A stretch of 64,000 nucleotides of DNA from Rhynchobatus australiae (lineage: Eukaryota): contig JAUZTB010000118.1 in the NCBI GenBank assembly GCA_034780895.1, forward strand, positions 66,954,649-67,018,648, read 5' to 3'. Position numbers and translations under genes: made by a program. Below the pieces are notes generated by a model. That model was not told the DNA's origin. It searched no databases and worked only from the letters and a program-made list of their open reading frames with translations. Shown here one piece after another: positions 39,763-52,700 of the stretch (the stretch's first letter is position 1; each line of letters opens with the position of its first letter).

Positions 39763-40460
39763 TGCGGAATCAGTGGAGGATCAGAAGGATCTTGGGGTCC
39801 GAGTCCATAGGATGCTCAAAAGCAGCTGTACAGATTGACTCTGTGGTTAAGAAGGCATATGGTGCATTGTCCTTCATCAATCATGGAATTGAATTTAGTA
39901 GCCGAGAGGTAATGCTGCAGCTATATAGGACCCTGGTCAGACCCCACTTGGAATACTGTGCTCAGCTCTGGTCACCTCACTACAGGAAGGATGTGGAGGC
40001 CATAGAAATTGTGCAGAGGAGACTTAGAAGGATGCTGCCTGGATTGCAGAGCATGCCTTACGAAAGCAGGTTGAGGGAACTCGGCCTTGGAGCGACGGAA
40101 GATGAGGGGGGACCCGATAGAGGTATATAAGATGATGAGAGGCATTGATCAGGTAGATAGTCAAAGGCTTTTCCCCAGGGCTGAAATGGTTGCCAAGAGG
40201 ATATATATTTAAGGTGCTGGGGAGTAGGTACAGGGGAGATGTCGGGAGTAAGATTTCACTCAGAGGGTGGTGAGTGTGTGGAATGGGCTACTGGCAATGG
40301 TAGTGGAGGCAGATACAATAGGGTCTTTTAAGAAACATTTGGATAGGTACATGGAGATGAGAAAAATAGAGGGCTATGGGTCTCTAAGGTAGGGACATGT
40401 TTGGCACAGCTTTGTGGGCCAAAGGGCCTGAATTGTGCTGTAGGTTTTTCTATGTTTCTA
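39763..40460 (+). mobile_element. Younger 5'-truncated CR1 LINE
   Basis: Remnant VVKKAYGALSFI..GIEF.SREVMLQLYRTLVRPHLEYCAQLWSPHYRKDVEAIE.VQRR. Tail GGGCCAAAGGGCCTG...GTGCTGTAG. Confidence 0.92.
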
Positions 40461-41208
40461 ATATTTCTGCCAGTCCAGAAATGAGAACAGGAATAGACTC
40501 AATCACCCAGTTCTCACTATATAGGTTTCATTCTTGCTGCATGGGGACGAATGAGATATTGAGTGGCAGCAAGCCCTCAGCAACTGTGAGCATCTCCAGG
40601 AGAAAATCTAGAGAGAGTAGGGAACTGTAATGCCCTTTGAAAATATACTTTTTAAAAAACAAATATCACAAACTTAACTAGTTTAAAACAAACCTATTTG
40701 TAGTTTTGTACATTGTTGCCTGGAATGAAAAAGATATTTCAGTGCAAACCATCTTTGAACATTTCCATCTGAACAGAGAAAAAAAATAATAAAAATGTTG
40801 ACATGAGGAATCCTGAAGAATGAACGAAGAGCAGCTGTTGGATGAGAAAGAGCCATTATGTTACACCATTCTGAAAGTTCACCTCATGTTAATACTCTTA
40901 ATGTTCACCTCTTAATAGGTACAGTGCACAATTCACCAGCTGCTGATTTGGCAATTAACATATGCATTTAACTTAACATCAGTCAAGAATTCTCCCTGAC
41001 AAAATAACTTGAGAGACAACTGTAAAATAGTATACTCCTCCCTAATGTCACCTTTATATTTAAGTATCTGGGCCAGATGACAAAGGAGTATGCAGAAGTA
41101 CTGTTCAAGCTGCTACAATGAGCTGCATTGTTAATGGAATAAAACAAGTTGGGCCAAGCAGCCTTTCCCCATTTTACAATTGCCGCATCATTCTATGTTA
41201 CAGCTTAC

Positions 41209-41277
41209 CTAATGAACATTTCTCACATCCTTCTGCACACTGCATACATTCTTCATTGTGGGGATCTGAAACTTTAC
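41209..41277 (-). CDS. PCSK5: PCSK5 exon: (G)KVSDPHNEECMQCAEGCEKCSL
   Basis: acAG acceptor, GTAAGC donor, 69 nt, phase 1 to 1. Resembles human GEVQDPDYEECVPCEEGCLGCSL. Confidence 0.94.
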   Translation of the reverse strand, partial: VKFQIPTMKNVCSVQKDVRNVH

Positions 41278-44276
41278 CTGTGGGATGGAAATACGGGTTT
41301 TAGTGCTAATGCAAGTGTGAGCCATAGCATTAATGCAAATGAGGCTTTCCTGGCATTCAGCTGTAAAGATTTAGATAAATTGAGCAACTTTCTATGTTAT
41401 TTTATCATTGAGTGTGGAATTGTGTAGAGTTCAATTCTAGGAATGCCACCTTACACCACTTCCAAAATACAATGCAGGCAAACTAAGGGCAAGACATTTG
41501 GTGAGATTAAACCAGACATGGACAGACAAAGGTTGGGACAGAGAATGGAGTTATGGTTACAGTTCTGGTTTTCCTAACTAATTGAGCAGATTTTGCTGCT
41601 CCTGTGCATTTGGTGGAAAAACCTCAGTAACAAACTTATCACTGAAAGCAGAATGTAAACTCCACAGCAATTAGAGAGGCTAAAGCTATGATAAGTAAAG
41701 ATGCTAATAAGATTAAGTACACAGCCACTTTCTCTCTGTTATGAAAGGATGTGTTCACAGTGTTTATGTCAGTTACACACTTTGGAAGTGATTTTATATA
41801 TTCTGTCAATTACTCTGTGGAAAAATAATTTAATTATATAACTGTGCTTACATTTTTATTTAAGGTTGGTGACTCAATGGAGCTGACATAGAATCCTTTC
41901 CCCTGACCTGATTTCAGTCCATTCATGCCTAGTGATTGACCATATACAGATCCCACCTCTAGATCACCTTTTACTGTTTTAAAAAAAAGACCTGCCAGGA
42001 TGTAAGCTAATGCAAATGTCACATGTTGATGTGTCTCCTCTTCTGACTGTTGGCTTTCATTACTGAGACCTGTGCAGGGGGCACAAGAAAATAAATTCAC
42101 AAGATTTTGATATTAATGTGGGGAAGTGGGAGGTAAAAGGAGCATGCTTGAACCATCTGGATACTATAAAGTACAAGAGGTTGTGGGATGAAGAGGACGA
42201 TTAGATATGAGCGTACCATCAATCTTACTGTTTTCAGTTACCCACAGGGCACTGTCTCTGTGATAGCCAAGGTCACAATGAACAGCTCTCTATCCTCCAC
42301 ATCAGGCCAAGAGACCAGGTTGGGACTTTCTCCAATCTGCTGCATTGTGAGCTATTTTCTCCTTTGAGAAAAGAATAACTGTGCTGTGGTGTAGTGTGTG
42401 TGTGTACACATATGTGGGCATGCATGTGTGGTTGAATTACTCTAAGTAGATATAAAGTTTGAGGATGTGTGTGAGATTTGGAAAATTGGGCTACAATCAG
42501 TCTGCACACACAAGGCCAGGATTGGAGATGTGTTAACACCTCATGGTGTTGTGGGGCTGGAAAAGATGAGGTCATACAAGAATGATGGAGTTTAAAACTT
42601 TGGCTTTTGGATATTTTGGTGGGCCAATGGAGCTGTTTCTTTTTAGGCACAGTGGACAGTGAATGAATGGAGACTTTGTGCATGTTGCATATGAACAAGT
42701 GCAGTTTACATGGTTTCAAGTTCCTGGAGGGTGGAGGAATGAGATGATAGCCAAGAAATCTCTGGATTAGTAACAAAAGTATGGATGAAAATTTCAATGG
42801 TACATGGCATTATTCTGATGCAAAATCTTGGGAAGACAAACTACTTAACTTTTCTATCTGGTCTAACCTCTTATTTTACCAAGCTATGTCCTCCTAAATA
42901 AGTCATACATTTGCAAGATGCAGGCTGTGTGCCGTTCTCAATGAGGCTTTACATGTAAGATATGCAAACACATATGCATAGTACCTCTTTTGTACAGTTC
43001 CTAAATAGACAGTTTGTATGAGTCAACTGTTTATTTGTTCACTTTTCTTGTCTAACCCATAAAAAATCAATTAGAAATCTGTATTGGCTAGTTGACGCAA
43101 ATGTTAATTTTAATGCCCGGCATATGGCGAGAGGAAGAGCTCAATTCATTTATGCACATTCAGTACAGAATGAGCTGTTAAATGCTGAGAGAAGGCAGTT
43201 GAGAATTAGGTCAGGAGTTCACTTATACAATGGTACACATCTATTGCAACTCAAGAGTTGGGATCAAGTCAGCAAGAGCTGCTTGGAAATTGTTATCTTT
43301 TAAAAACTTATTTCCTTTCTCAACTCTTCCTATTTTTAAAACTGCTTTTCTAGTTACAGCTCACATTTTGCCCAAGTAACACTTATGTCGAACAATGAGT
43401 GCTAATGGGTTATTCAATAAAAGCAGCATTACTGCCATTGCAGCCCTCTGCACATCAGATATCAATACATGCGTGTATTCCAATTGCAATAATGGAAAGT
43501 AATTGTAATGACAGAGAGGGAGCTCTAATTATATTCCTTTCTTACAATCCTCCCTTTCTTCTGTCTCTTGCCCAAATGGGAGATGTAGAGATAATACAAA
43601 TCATTTCTAGCTTGAACTTTGACAGAATGGAAGTTCTCTACCTTTCATAATTATGAATTTGGTCAGATCATTCTTTTGTGCATTTTCATGCAAATCTATT
43701 TTCCTTATTAAATGCTTAAGAGGTCCACAAGATAAACATGATAATGGATATTTATTTTCCCCTATTTATATCTCCTCCCAAACTTTCTTTTGTTTTCTTT
43801 ACCGGCCATTTTCTCTGGCTCCTACATCACTTTTGTCATTGAATCTCTCCTTCCATCCACCCTTTCACTGACCAATTTTGTTTTTTCTACTTCTCCCCCT
43901 GTTCTCCTCACTCTAAAACTTATTTTATGCTTAACATTTTCCAGTCAGATGCAAGGTTATTGATCCAAAACATTAGCTATATTTCCTTCCACACAGATGC
44001 TGCCTGACCTGTTGAGTATTTCCAGCATCTGTGATTTATTTCAGCTATCATGCAACCGCCCACAGTATTTTGCTTTTAATACAGATAAATCTCTACTAAC
44101 AGAGAAACACCATAACAGTTTATATATTCAAATTCTACTTATGTATTGTGCTATTGTAATGCCATCAATTTCCAGAAAATAAGCTGTTTTGGAAGATATT
44201 GTTGATAAAGTTGTTCAGGACATTACTTGGAAGAATTTTAATTTCATACTGTACATAAAACTTTTTTGTTTCTTAC

Positions 44277-44477
44277 CATCTCTACACTTTAACTTCTGGC
44301 ATCCTTTGTTTGTGGGATAGTAGCCGGTGGAACACCTTACACAGTCTGTGCCACTTGTGCACACTTCACAGTTACTGGAACACATCTTGCAGGTTCTATC
44401 AGCTGCTGGGTAGTGAAATGGAGGGCAATCTTCTCTGCATTCTCCTCTATAAAAGTAACGATCATTCATAAATGTAT
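44277..44477 (-). CDS. PCSK5: PCSK5 exon: (D)TFMNDRYFYRGECREDCPPFHYPAADRTCKMCSSNCEVCTSGTDCVRCSTGYYPTNKGCQKLKCRD
   Basis: ctatAG acceptor, GTAAGA donor, 201 nt, phase 1 to 1. Confidence 0.95.
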
Positions 44478-45095
44478 CTATAGAGAAAAGAAAAGTGTGA
44501 ATATGCATTAGCTTTTACTGAGCCAAATTTGCATTAAATACAAATGCTGGCTTTACATGAAAAAATTGACTAGAATTTCAGTGTTAGTGATATCTGCCTC
44601 TAAATGACCAATTAGTTACAGAGCACAGAGTATAAATGCACAATACAATGGGATTTCTTCTAACCATCCTTTTAGTATTCACTACTAAAATTTATGATGC
44701 AGTGTTGAATTGATTACAGCAGTGTACTGATAATCAGGGTCAATTCTTCTAGATCTTTAAAAGAAACAATTTTTTTTTAAATCAATGTCATGTTACCCAG
44801 AGGAATCTTTGAGATGAAGATGGAATAGAGTTACTAGCTTTATTTGATAGAGGTGCTGAATTTACTTTGGTACCTAATTCAGATGAGTCATCTCTGATAA
44901 CCTCTCCATCAAAACACATACAAGAAAACAGCCCTGGTGAAAGATTACCAAACAAATTTACTCAAGGGAGCTAGCTTTATGAGCCCATGCTCTCATGGAC
45001 CCTTCCCAACAACAGACTCCTAAAATGGTAATTACATTCATCATTGGCTGAAGGCCAATAAGACATTAGTGACAGAACCAGAGGGAGAGACTGAC

Positions 45096-45232
45096 CTTTA
45101 TGACATGATCTGCAGTCATTAGGTTTGCCTCTCCAACATTCCTTGCAGGTGTGATGACACTGGTGACACTGGCCATTATTTTCAAACTTACCAGGGGGGC
45201 AGGTTACAACACAAAGGCCATCGTCCAGGATG
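45096..45232 (-). CDS. PCSK5: PCSK5 exon: ILDDGLCVVTCPPGKFENNGQCHQCHHTCKECWRGKPNDCRSCHK
   Basis: tttAG acceptor, GTCAGT donor, 137 nt, phase 2 to 1. Resembles human IFDDGRCVSNCPSWKFEFENQCHPCHHTC. Confidence 0.95.
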
Positions 45233-45374
45233 CTAAAGACAAGACCAAAAAAAAGTGAATCATTAAACCACAAATGGCTACATTTACATTTCTGTATTAA
45301 GAGTTGCTATAATGTTTACAGAGCAACTGACACTGTTGTTACATGTTGATGGTAGTCATGTATTTTACATACTT

Positions 45375-45770
45375 ATTACAACAGAGGAGGAGGCCATATG
45401 GCTTATTGAGCCAATGCTGATTTACACAAGAGAAATTCCGTTGGTCCCACTCCCCCTTATTCCTTAATAAGGAATCCTTATTCCACTGTGTCTCTGCAAC
45501 TTATTTTCTCTCATGTGCTCACCAACTTTCCTTATAATTTTGCTACTTACTGTACCTCCAGTAAAGGGTAATTTACAGTAGGCAGTAACCTACCAGCCCA
45601 GCTTTGGAACGAGAGAGGAAACTTGGGCACCCAGCAGAAACTCGCGTTGTCATGGAGAGAATGTACACACTACACGTGCAATACCCAAGGTCAGGATTAA
45701 ACCTAGAAATTGTGGTCCCTGGAAGTTGTGAGGCAGCGGCATTTTCTGCTACACAGCAGTGCTACCCCAC
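45375..45770 (-). mobile_element. Degenerate V-SINE
   Basis: Minus-strand GTTTCTGCTGGGTGCCCAAGTTTCCTCTC V-domain remnant and tRNA-like head. Confidence 0.6.
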
Positions 45771-47849
45771 AAATTTGTCTATGTATTTTACTAACATTAA
45801 AATGATGCGAGCAATTCTTCTAATGCTGTTTCAAAAAGCTCTAAAATATGACTTTCGTCATCAGTGCCAGTTCCAAAACAGAGCTAGTGACCTTTCTCAT
45901 GTAATACTGCTGTGTTTCAGGAGCAGTGGGTACTAGAGGCTGAATTCCTTGCATTAGTTGCGTCTTTCCTCACAGCTCTGACCTTAGGATGTGGAAGTGG
46001 TCCTTATATAGGGCCAGGTCACACTACAGACAGCACTCTTTCAGCTTATGGTGAGTTTTGGCAAGAAATTAATGCATAGTACAGTGATGGAAAATGGGGT
46101 GGTTGTTTTGTGAGTTGGCAGAGTCATCCTCAGGGGTGAGATAAAAGCACAGGCTTCTGAAGAACAATGCACAAAGGAAGCAGGTTCCTTGTGCAAGGGC
46201 ACAGAAGGACTATCAGGGAGGTGTCTATAAGGAGACACAAGGGACTGTAAATGCTGGAACCTGCAGCCAAAAATAAACTGCTAGAGGAACTCAGCAGGTC
46301 ATGCAGCACCTGTGGAGATTGGAAAATGGATCACGTTTTGGGTCGTGACCCTGCATTAGGACTGAGTGTGTAGAAGAAAGATAACCATTACATGGTGAGA
46401 CAGAGACTGATGGGTGGTAGGTGGAACCAGATAAGGGGGGAGATTACGATGGTCAGGTGGAAGAGCTTGGGTGTCCTCAATGAATGCCAGCACTTTTGGG
46501 AACCCTTCCAGTTGTGATTGCAAAATCTTAACAAAAAATGGAAGGTTTCGCATTTTGTCAGTAGAGTTATTCTTGACTTCTGCAATGCAGCAGTAAGCAG
46601 CAAGGTGTCATATGAGGCATATCTCTGCAGAGCCAGCCTGCAAGGATTGTGAGCCAAGGTTTTCGAGTGAGGGTGATCCTGACCTAAGAATCATGCTACC
46701 TACAGCTTGTCTATATTGATAATCCTGAAGCTCTTTCGATATTCACTCATACCCCAATAGTTATCACATCAATTTGATTCTAAAAGTCTCTGCACCTTAA
46801 AAGCAATTTACACATCCATCATTGTAACACAATCAAGGTGAACATACAGTGTGGCTAGTTACTAACATGTAGAATAAGCTGTAGGTTGGGCACTCTCTGT
46901 CATTATTTGTGCTTCTCAAATTTATGACAAGTTACTGGTTACGCCATCTGAGGAGGAGGTAGAAATATTTTGGAACATATTGTTAATAAAAGAAGATTAG
47001 AAACAGTTAAAGTTGCAAACCTCATCCAAGCACTGGGCTAGTATGATCCTGCTCTTATGTTTCATCCTTTTTTGCTCTCTGACATGTAAACGCTCACACA
47101 ACCTCAGAGAGCATACCAGAGTGCAAACTCTTACATCATGTGTGTTTTGGAATAGCATGCTAACATTCATTTCTCATGTGCCAAGAACACCTTTCAACTG
47201 TGTCTGTGGCTTAGTCCAGTCCAACTCCCTGCATTCCTCTCATTTGTGCTTGCCAGCATTAAAAAAAGCTGGGATCAAGTGGTGCAGTTCATGAAATAGC
47301 TTAATACAAGATTTTTGGTGCTGAAGCACCTGCAGTGGGCTTGGTGCCCATAACTTCCTGATTCAGATGGGAGATTGGCACCATTGAATTGAGGCTGTGT
47401 GTTTGACTATTAACCAGGTGTTTTCTCTACAAATTTGTACAAGAGAACTGAACGTGGTGTTGCTCGTGACTCCCAAAATTGTAGTGCAGTCCATTGTTCT
47501 CTGTTGAGTGCTTGTGCCTTTGCAACTCAATGACAGAACTGTACAACTGCCTCCCTCTTGACTTATAGCCTGTAAGGACACATCCACAGTCATTACTCAG
47601 ATAGGGTTTTTGGGCTTTCAGGCATAATTGGTGGAAGACTAACTTCCCTGGCATGTGTTCTGTACCATCGACTATTTCAAATATCAAGCATCACAATGAG
47701 GTCATTTAAAGGCAATCCAATCAATTTGCAACTGGGCATGACCTGTAACTAGATGCCTGCATGGCACCTGCGTTGAGTTTGTGTTTGTTTGTTTTATAAG
47801 TTTTCCTTTACAAATTAGTCTTAGTTAGTTCTGTACTCATCTCCTTTAA

Positions 47850-49090
47850 TGAATATGTAGATGTCACTGCCAGCTCTCACCCCCAGCTAGAGCATTAATT
47901 CGATTTCCACTCCTCCTTCACCGTTATGTGTTCTTCCCATACTTTCATTTACACCAGCGTCTACTAAGAACCTGGTGTTTCTTACAGCTATACTCTGCCT
48001 TTGTCCTTCCATTTTGATTTTAGCAAGAAATTGATTCCTTTCTTCATCTATCCATCGCCAATTCATGATTTTCACCAGATTCCATGTATATTCAATGTAT
48101 ATTCCCTTAGTCTTAGATCAGGATTTCTCTTTGCCCTCAACAATATCTGTTTAATTTCCCATGGGTCATCATTTCCTCCTAGCACTCCAGCTCAGATCCA
48201 CAATAGAGTTCTTGTCCACCCAACCTTCCATATTCAATGCATGGCTCTCTGCCATTTCTATTGTAGCCAGTGTAATGACACCACCAAACATACCTTCTCC
48301 TATTATGACTTTCAGCAATATGAACGGAAGATCCCCTCCATGTTATCCTCATTCATATCCCTGGGCACTTTTTCCTAAACCCATATTCCATGTAGATCTA
48401 AATACTGGAACTCTCAACCTAAAGGTACTGTACACTACATGGACTGGAGTAGGTCAAGCTGAACACCCTTCTCAAGAATGGTTAGGGATGGGCAGTAAAC
48501 ACCGCACTACCAGCGATGGCCACAACCCATAAATAAACTAACAAAGGCTCAGAAGACGCAACACTCATCCTTTTGCCTCCTTTCTTCCTTACATCAAAAG
48601 GTCTCAAATATTCCTTTGTGGCAAAACAATGATTGACTTGTATTTTCAACAATGTATTGTACTGCTGTTATGATGGAAAATCTTCTACATTTGGAACATT
48701 AACTGTAGATTTCATGATCACCTTGCCAAATATTCCATTCGTTCAGAAAGGTGGCCCTGTTGTTTTGGCACGTCATTTTAAATTTCCATTCCACTTCCTT
48801 CTCAGTCTGACATACCATCTCATTGAAGCTCAACATAAAGTTGGGAAATAGCACATCTTTCCATGAGGTCATTTAAAAACTTGTATCATCATTACCCTTT
48901 TGCTGTTTACTCATTACTATTCTCCCTCCTACCACAGATCTTCTTTTTCATTTTTGCCTTCCCTCACCCTCACTAGTTTCCCAATCTGCAAACTTGTCTA
49001 TAAACAGTTAAATCTTTAACAACTTACAGTTGGGATAAAAGGTTAACAACCTCAGATAGCTTCTCTCCTCTTAGGTGCTGGCTGTTTCTT
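47850..49090 (+). mobile_element. Degenerate Penelope-like element remnant
   Basis: Around 48630-48730, remnant resembling TC...NVLYC...YIG...RF.DHL (GIY-YIG), followed by a decayed terminal repeat near 49020-49090. Confidence 0.5.
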
Positions 49091-49195
49091 ATTTCCAATT
49101 GTAATTTCTGAGTTGTTTTGCTTTGAAGTTGACTGCAGAGAGATTACTCCCAAATAAAACAGGTAAAAACAGGGGATATTGTCAAAAGGACTCAC

Positions 49196-49298
49196 CTTGG
49201 AACAGGGCAACTAATACACTCATCTTCGCTTGGGCCAGAACATTTATCACAATAGGAATGACAGTTGTGGCACTTTCCTGCATCATCAATATATTGAT
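49196..49298 (-). CDS. PCSK5: PCSK5 first PC5B-specific exon: QYIDDAGKCHNCHSYCDKCSGPSEDECISCPVP(S)
   Basis: tgtAG acceptor, AG|GTGAGT donor, 103 nt, phase 1 to 2. Resembles human GEYVDEHGHCQTCEASCAKCQGPTQEDCTTCPMT. Confidence 0.94.
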
Positions 49299-49599
49299 CT
49301 ACAACAATGAAAAAAAGATGAAGCAAAGTGCTAAAAGATCATACGCAACCCAATAATACTTGGATATGTGTATTCTTTCAGGTCGTAAGCCTTTATGTAC
49401 TGTTAGTACAGCATGAAACTTCATCCCTTGCACATACAGTATTACTTTTTGATAAAGTCATGATGCAAATAATAATTTTAAATTAAATATGATGGAACTT
49501 AACAGAATAAAATAACTAATGTCACAATGCATCATCTGCAAAATAAAATTGTTATGCAAAGTTATGGCAATGAGAAAAAGAATGAATTATTAAGGATGT

Positions 49600-49726
49600 G
49601 AGAGAGAGAGAGAGAGAGAGANNNNNNNNNNNNNNNNNNNNNNNNNNNNNNNNNNNNNNNNNNNNNNNNNNNNNNNNNNNNNNNNNNNNNNNNNNNNNNN
49701 NNNNNNNNNNNNNNNNNNNNNAGAGA

Positions 49727-49783
<57 letters not shown>
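49600..49783 (+). repeat. (GA)n microsatellite spanning an assembly gap
   Basis: Read directly from sequence; 100 Ns in the middle. Confidence 0.95.
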
Positions 49784-49785
<2 letters not shown>

Positions 49786-52700
49786 AATAGCACTTTTGAT
49801 GTTTAAACACTTCATGATCTGCAGTGAACTCCAGTTGTTCTGGTCCTGTGACCCAAAAATTACACAAGTGTAATCTTGCTCAAGTTGAAGACAGCCTTAG
49901 CTTATTGATAGCATTCTCATCTCTTTCATTGGGAACAATCCAAAATACAATCTGCTAGATGTAAAGCAGTAAAGAAAGAAGTTGCTTCATTTGCTGCCAG
50001 GCAGTGTAAGGCATGAAAATCAAAAAAAAGATCCACAGATGCTGGAAATGCGATATAAAAATGGAAAGTACTGGAAACATTTAACAAGTCAGTCCACATG
50101 CTGCTGACCTGTTGAGTATTTCCCAGTACTTTCTGTAATATATAGGAAGAACAATGCTAACTGGATGCTGATCGAACAAGCATTAAGAAAAGGTTCAGAT
50201 GTGTCTTTATTACTCATACATTCTATTCCTGTCAGTTGATACCAATGGAAACAATTGATTTACACACTATAAACCATACCTCATGAATATTAAGCATAAT
50301 TGAATTTTTGCAAACAATCAATGTTTCACTTGTAGCAATCACTACATGACTTTGCTTTGGAAAGAGAAACATAGTTGATGGTTGAAGTCCAAGATCCTTT
50401 GTCAAACAAATGGTTCCGATGAAGGGTCTCATGCCTGAGAAATTAACTGTTTTCTTTCCATGGGTGCTGACTGACCTATTGAGCGTTTGCAGAATTTTCT
50501 ATTTTTATTTCTGATTTCCAGCGTTTGCAGTTTTTTGATTTTCATGATTTTTCCTTGCATTACTTCATGCTAAATATTGTCACATATAAATCTAAATCAA
50601 AGAATTGTTACTAATTTAAGTAAGATCACTGTGTGAGGCCAACAATTATGTATATATGGAGAGTCTTTAATTTACAAACAAAACCCAGGAGTCTTCTCTG
50701 GGGTAAAGGAAGAATATATGTTAATACCATGAGGGAAATGTTGGCAGTCTTTGTACATACATTTCTTCAGAGGTGGGATTTAAGAGGGGCTAAAATAATA
50801 TATGCCATTAATTATGAAATTCAACCACTGAGTTTAAGTTTTAGGAGAGGACTGATTTACTAATTGCGGCATAAGACAAAAGTTTGAGGAAACTTAGGAA
50901 CAAGTGAATTAAGTACCTATTTCCTTGTTCTTTTGCACCAGTCTTTTGTTTCCTTTCTCGGTTTCTCCTCATCATAATGGTCAAACTCCAAGGCTGAAGA
51001 GCCATGCACACAAGTTTCCTGCAATCACTCCCACTCAAAGTGAATGTAAAGTTAATATAGGATGTTAACTACAACAGGAAAGTGTTATTTTCTGGCATTT
51101 TGTTTCTATTTTTAAGGCTTTTTCAAATATTGACTTCACGAAGAACAATATCTTTTCTCTTTGAGTATACTTTTATGATACTGGTACATCACATATACTC
51201 AGACTCTGATCATTTACACTAATTTCCTTTGTCAAAAAAAAAACAATTGAGGTATATATTAGTGAGGTTGGCAGGAAGCTTGGATGTTAATAGGTGCTAG
51301 CAAAATGGACANNNNNNNNNNNNNNNNNNNNNNNNNNNNCCCAGTTGCTCCCTCAGAGGAAATGTCCAGTTCCTGCAACAGTCCATGCTAATTGGAATAT
51401 TGTGGTTATCATAATGAAGTTGTTGGCATTCTTGACCTGTTTTGATTTACAGCTTGGACAATCGGAAAACTACTTAAAAATTTACTCCAAACTCTTTAAT
51501 ATTTAACCATCTGATCTTCACTAATGATTTAGATAATAATTGCATTTGTACCTTTGAACTGGGGCTATTACTACTAGAGAGAAGTTTAACAAAATAGTTA
51601 GAAGTCATATTCCTGATAATCAGCTTTCCATTAAGCTGATTACACTGTTTCTGATTGGATTGTGCCATTGATAGGAAGCACTGTCCTAACTCAAAATCAT
51701 TACTGAGCCAAAAAAAAATGTTTCCTCTATTTAATTAGGCACTAACTATACGTCACATAATTAGTGCCAAAGAGAGACTCTTTTGTCAGTCCATTATCAC
51801 ACACAGTAGTTTTTGGAAAGCACTTTTTCAAATGAAATGAGAACTTACCTTCTCTGGTTCTGGTTTTCACTGCTCATTTTAGCTCTGACGTAAGAGAATA
51901 ATTTCTGCTGCACACTATGTTGAAAAAAATCCTAGACTCATTTTTACAAAGTCATTGCACTCAGCACAAATAAGAATTAATCTCTCAAGGCTAATGTAGT
52001 GCTCAAGATAACTCTCAAAGATTTCTGAGCTACATATTAGCATATTAATGGTCGCAGGATCCAAATAATAACTCACTAGAAAACCTAATGTAGGCAACAA
52101 TATGCCCAGCTTGGCACCCTGGGCTAATACCAAAATGCAGAAAATTAGATTTGGAGCACATATTGAGTTTAAACAGATGTTGGAAGAAAATGAAAGGAGA
52201 GTTTCTTTCCAAATTCATGGCACAGAAGCTGCAAGTTTAAATATCCTCTGGAAAATTATCAGTCATCCCCAGCAATCTTCTTGCCATCTGAAAATTTTCA
52301 ACTAGCAAAAAGCATTTTGATGAGTGAAAATATCAGTCATCAAATGAAAACGGGGAAACTAGTTCATCAGTGTATGTCTTCAAATCATTTTAAGATCTAA
52401 TTTTATATATAAAAAAGATATAACCATTAAGAATGATGTTCTCAGCTGGTGGCTACACAAAGAACCTTATTGTTTCATTTGGAGTGTAGTCTAATAAACA
52501 ACAGGTGTGCAAAGCTCCTTGTCCTCATTTCAAAGCTAGAATGTACAGATCACAGAATCATGAAAATGTGCTGTACAGCTTTTGAGAGGAAAATATGAGA
52601 AAAGACCACAAAACTGGCCACTGCCAAAAATATCTGTCAATTTGCCACCTTTGAAGCAGTCCATAGATCAACAAAATGTCAATTCTTATACTTTCTTTAT

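Larger units (their letters stand above)
833..49298 (-). other. PCSK5: PCSK5 gene span visible in window (PC5B-specific cysteine-rich exons); gene extends beyond both window edges
   Basis: 13 colinear minus-strand exons with furin-like CxxCxxxCxxC repeats. Order and sequence match recalled human PC5B, from GEYVDEHGHCQTC to CCDCQDTTD. Phases are compatible. Confidence 0.95.

Noticed and set aside
40694-40768. Minus-strand exon-like stretch (strong polypyrimidine tract plus CAG, 75 nt, open in phase 1: DGNVQRWFALKYLFHSRQQCTKLQI)
   Set aside because: Weak GTTTGT donor and no furin-repeat pattern. The real exon for this interval is 41209-41277.
49552-49867. SLSLSL and RERERE ORFs
   Set aside because: Translations of the (GA)n microsatellite.
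51843-51915. Strong minus-strand donor AAG|GTAAGT
   Set aside because: No recognisable coding sequence or convincing acceptor upstream. Such sites occur by chance in long introns.
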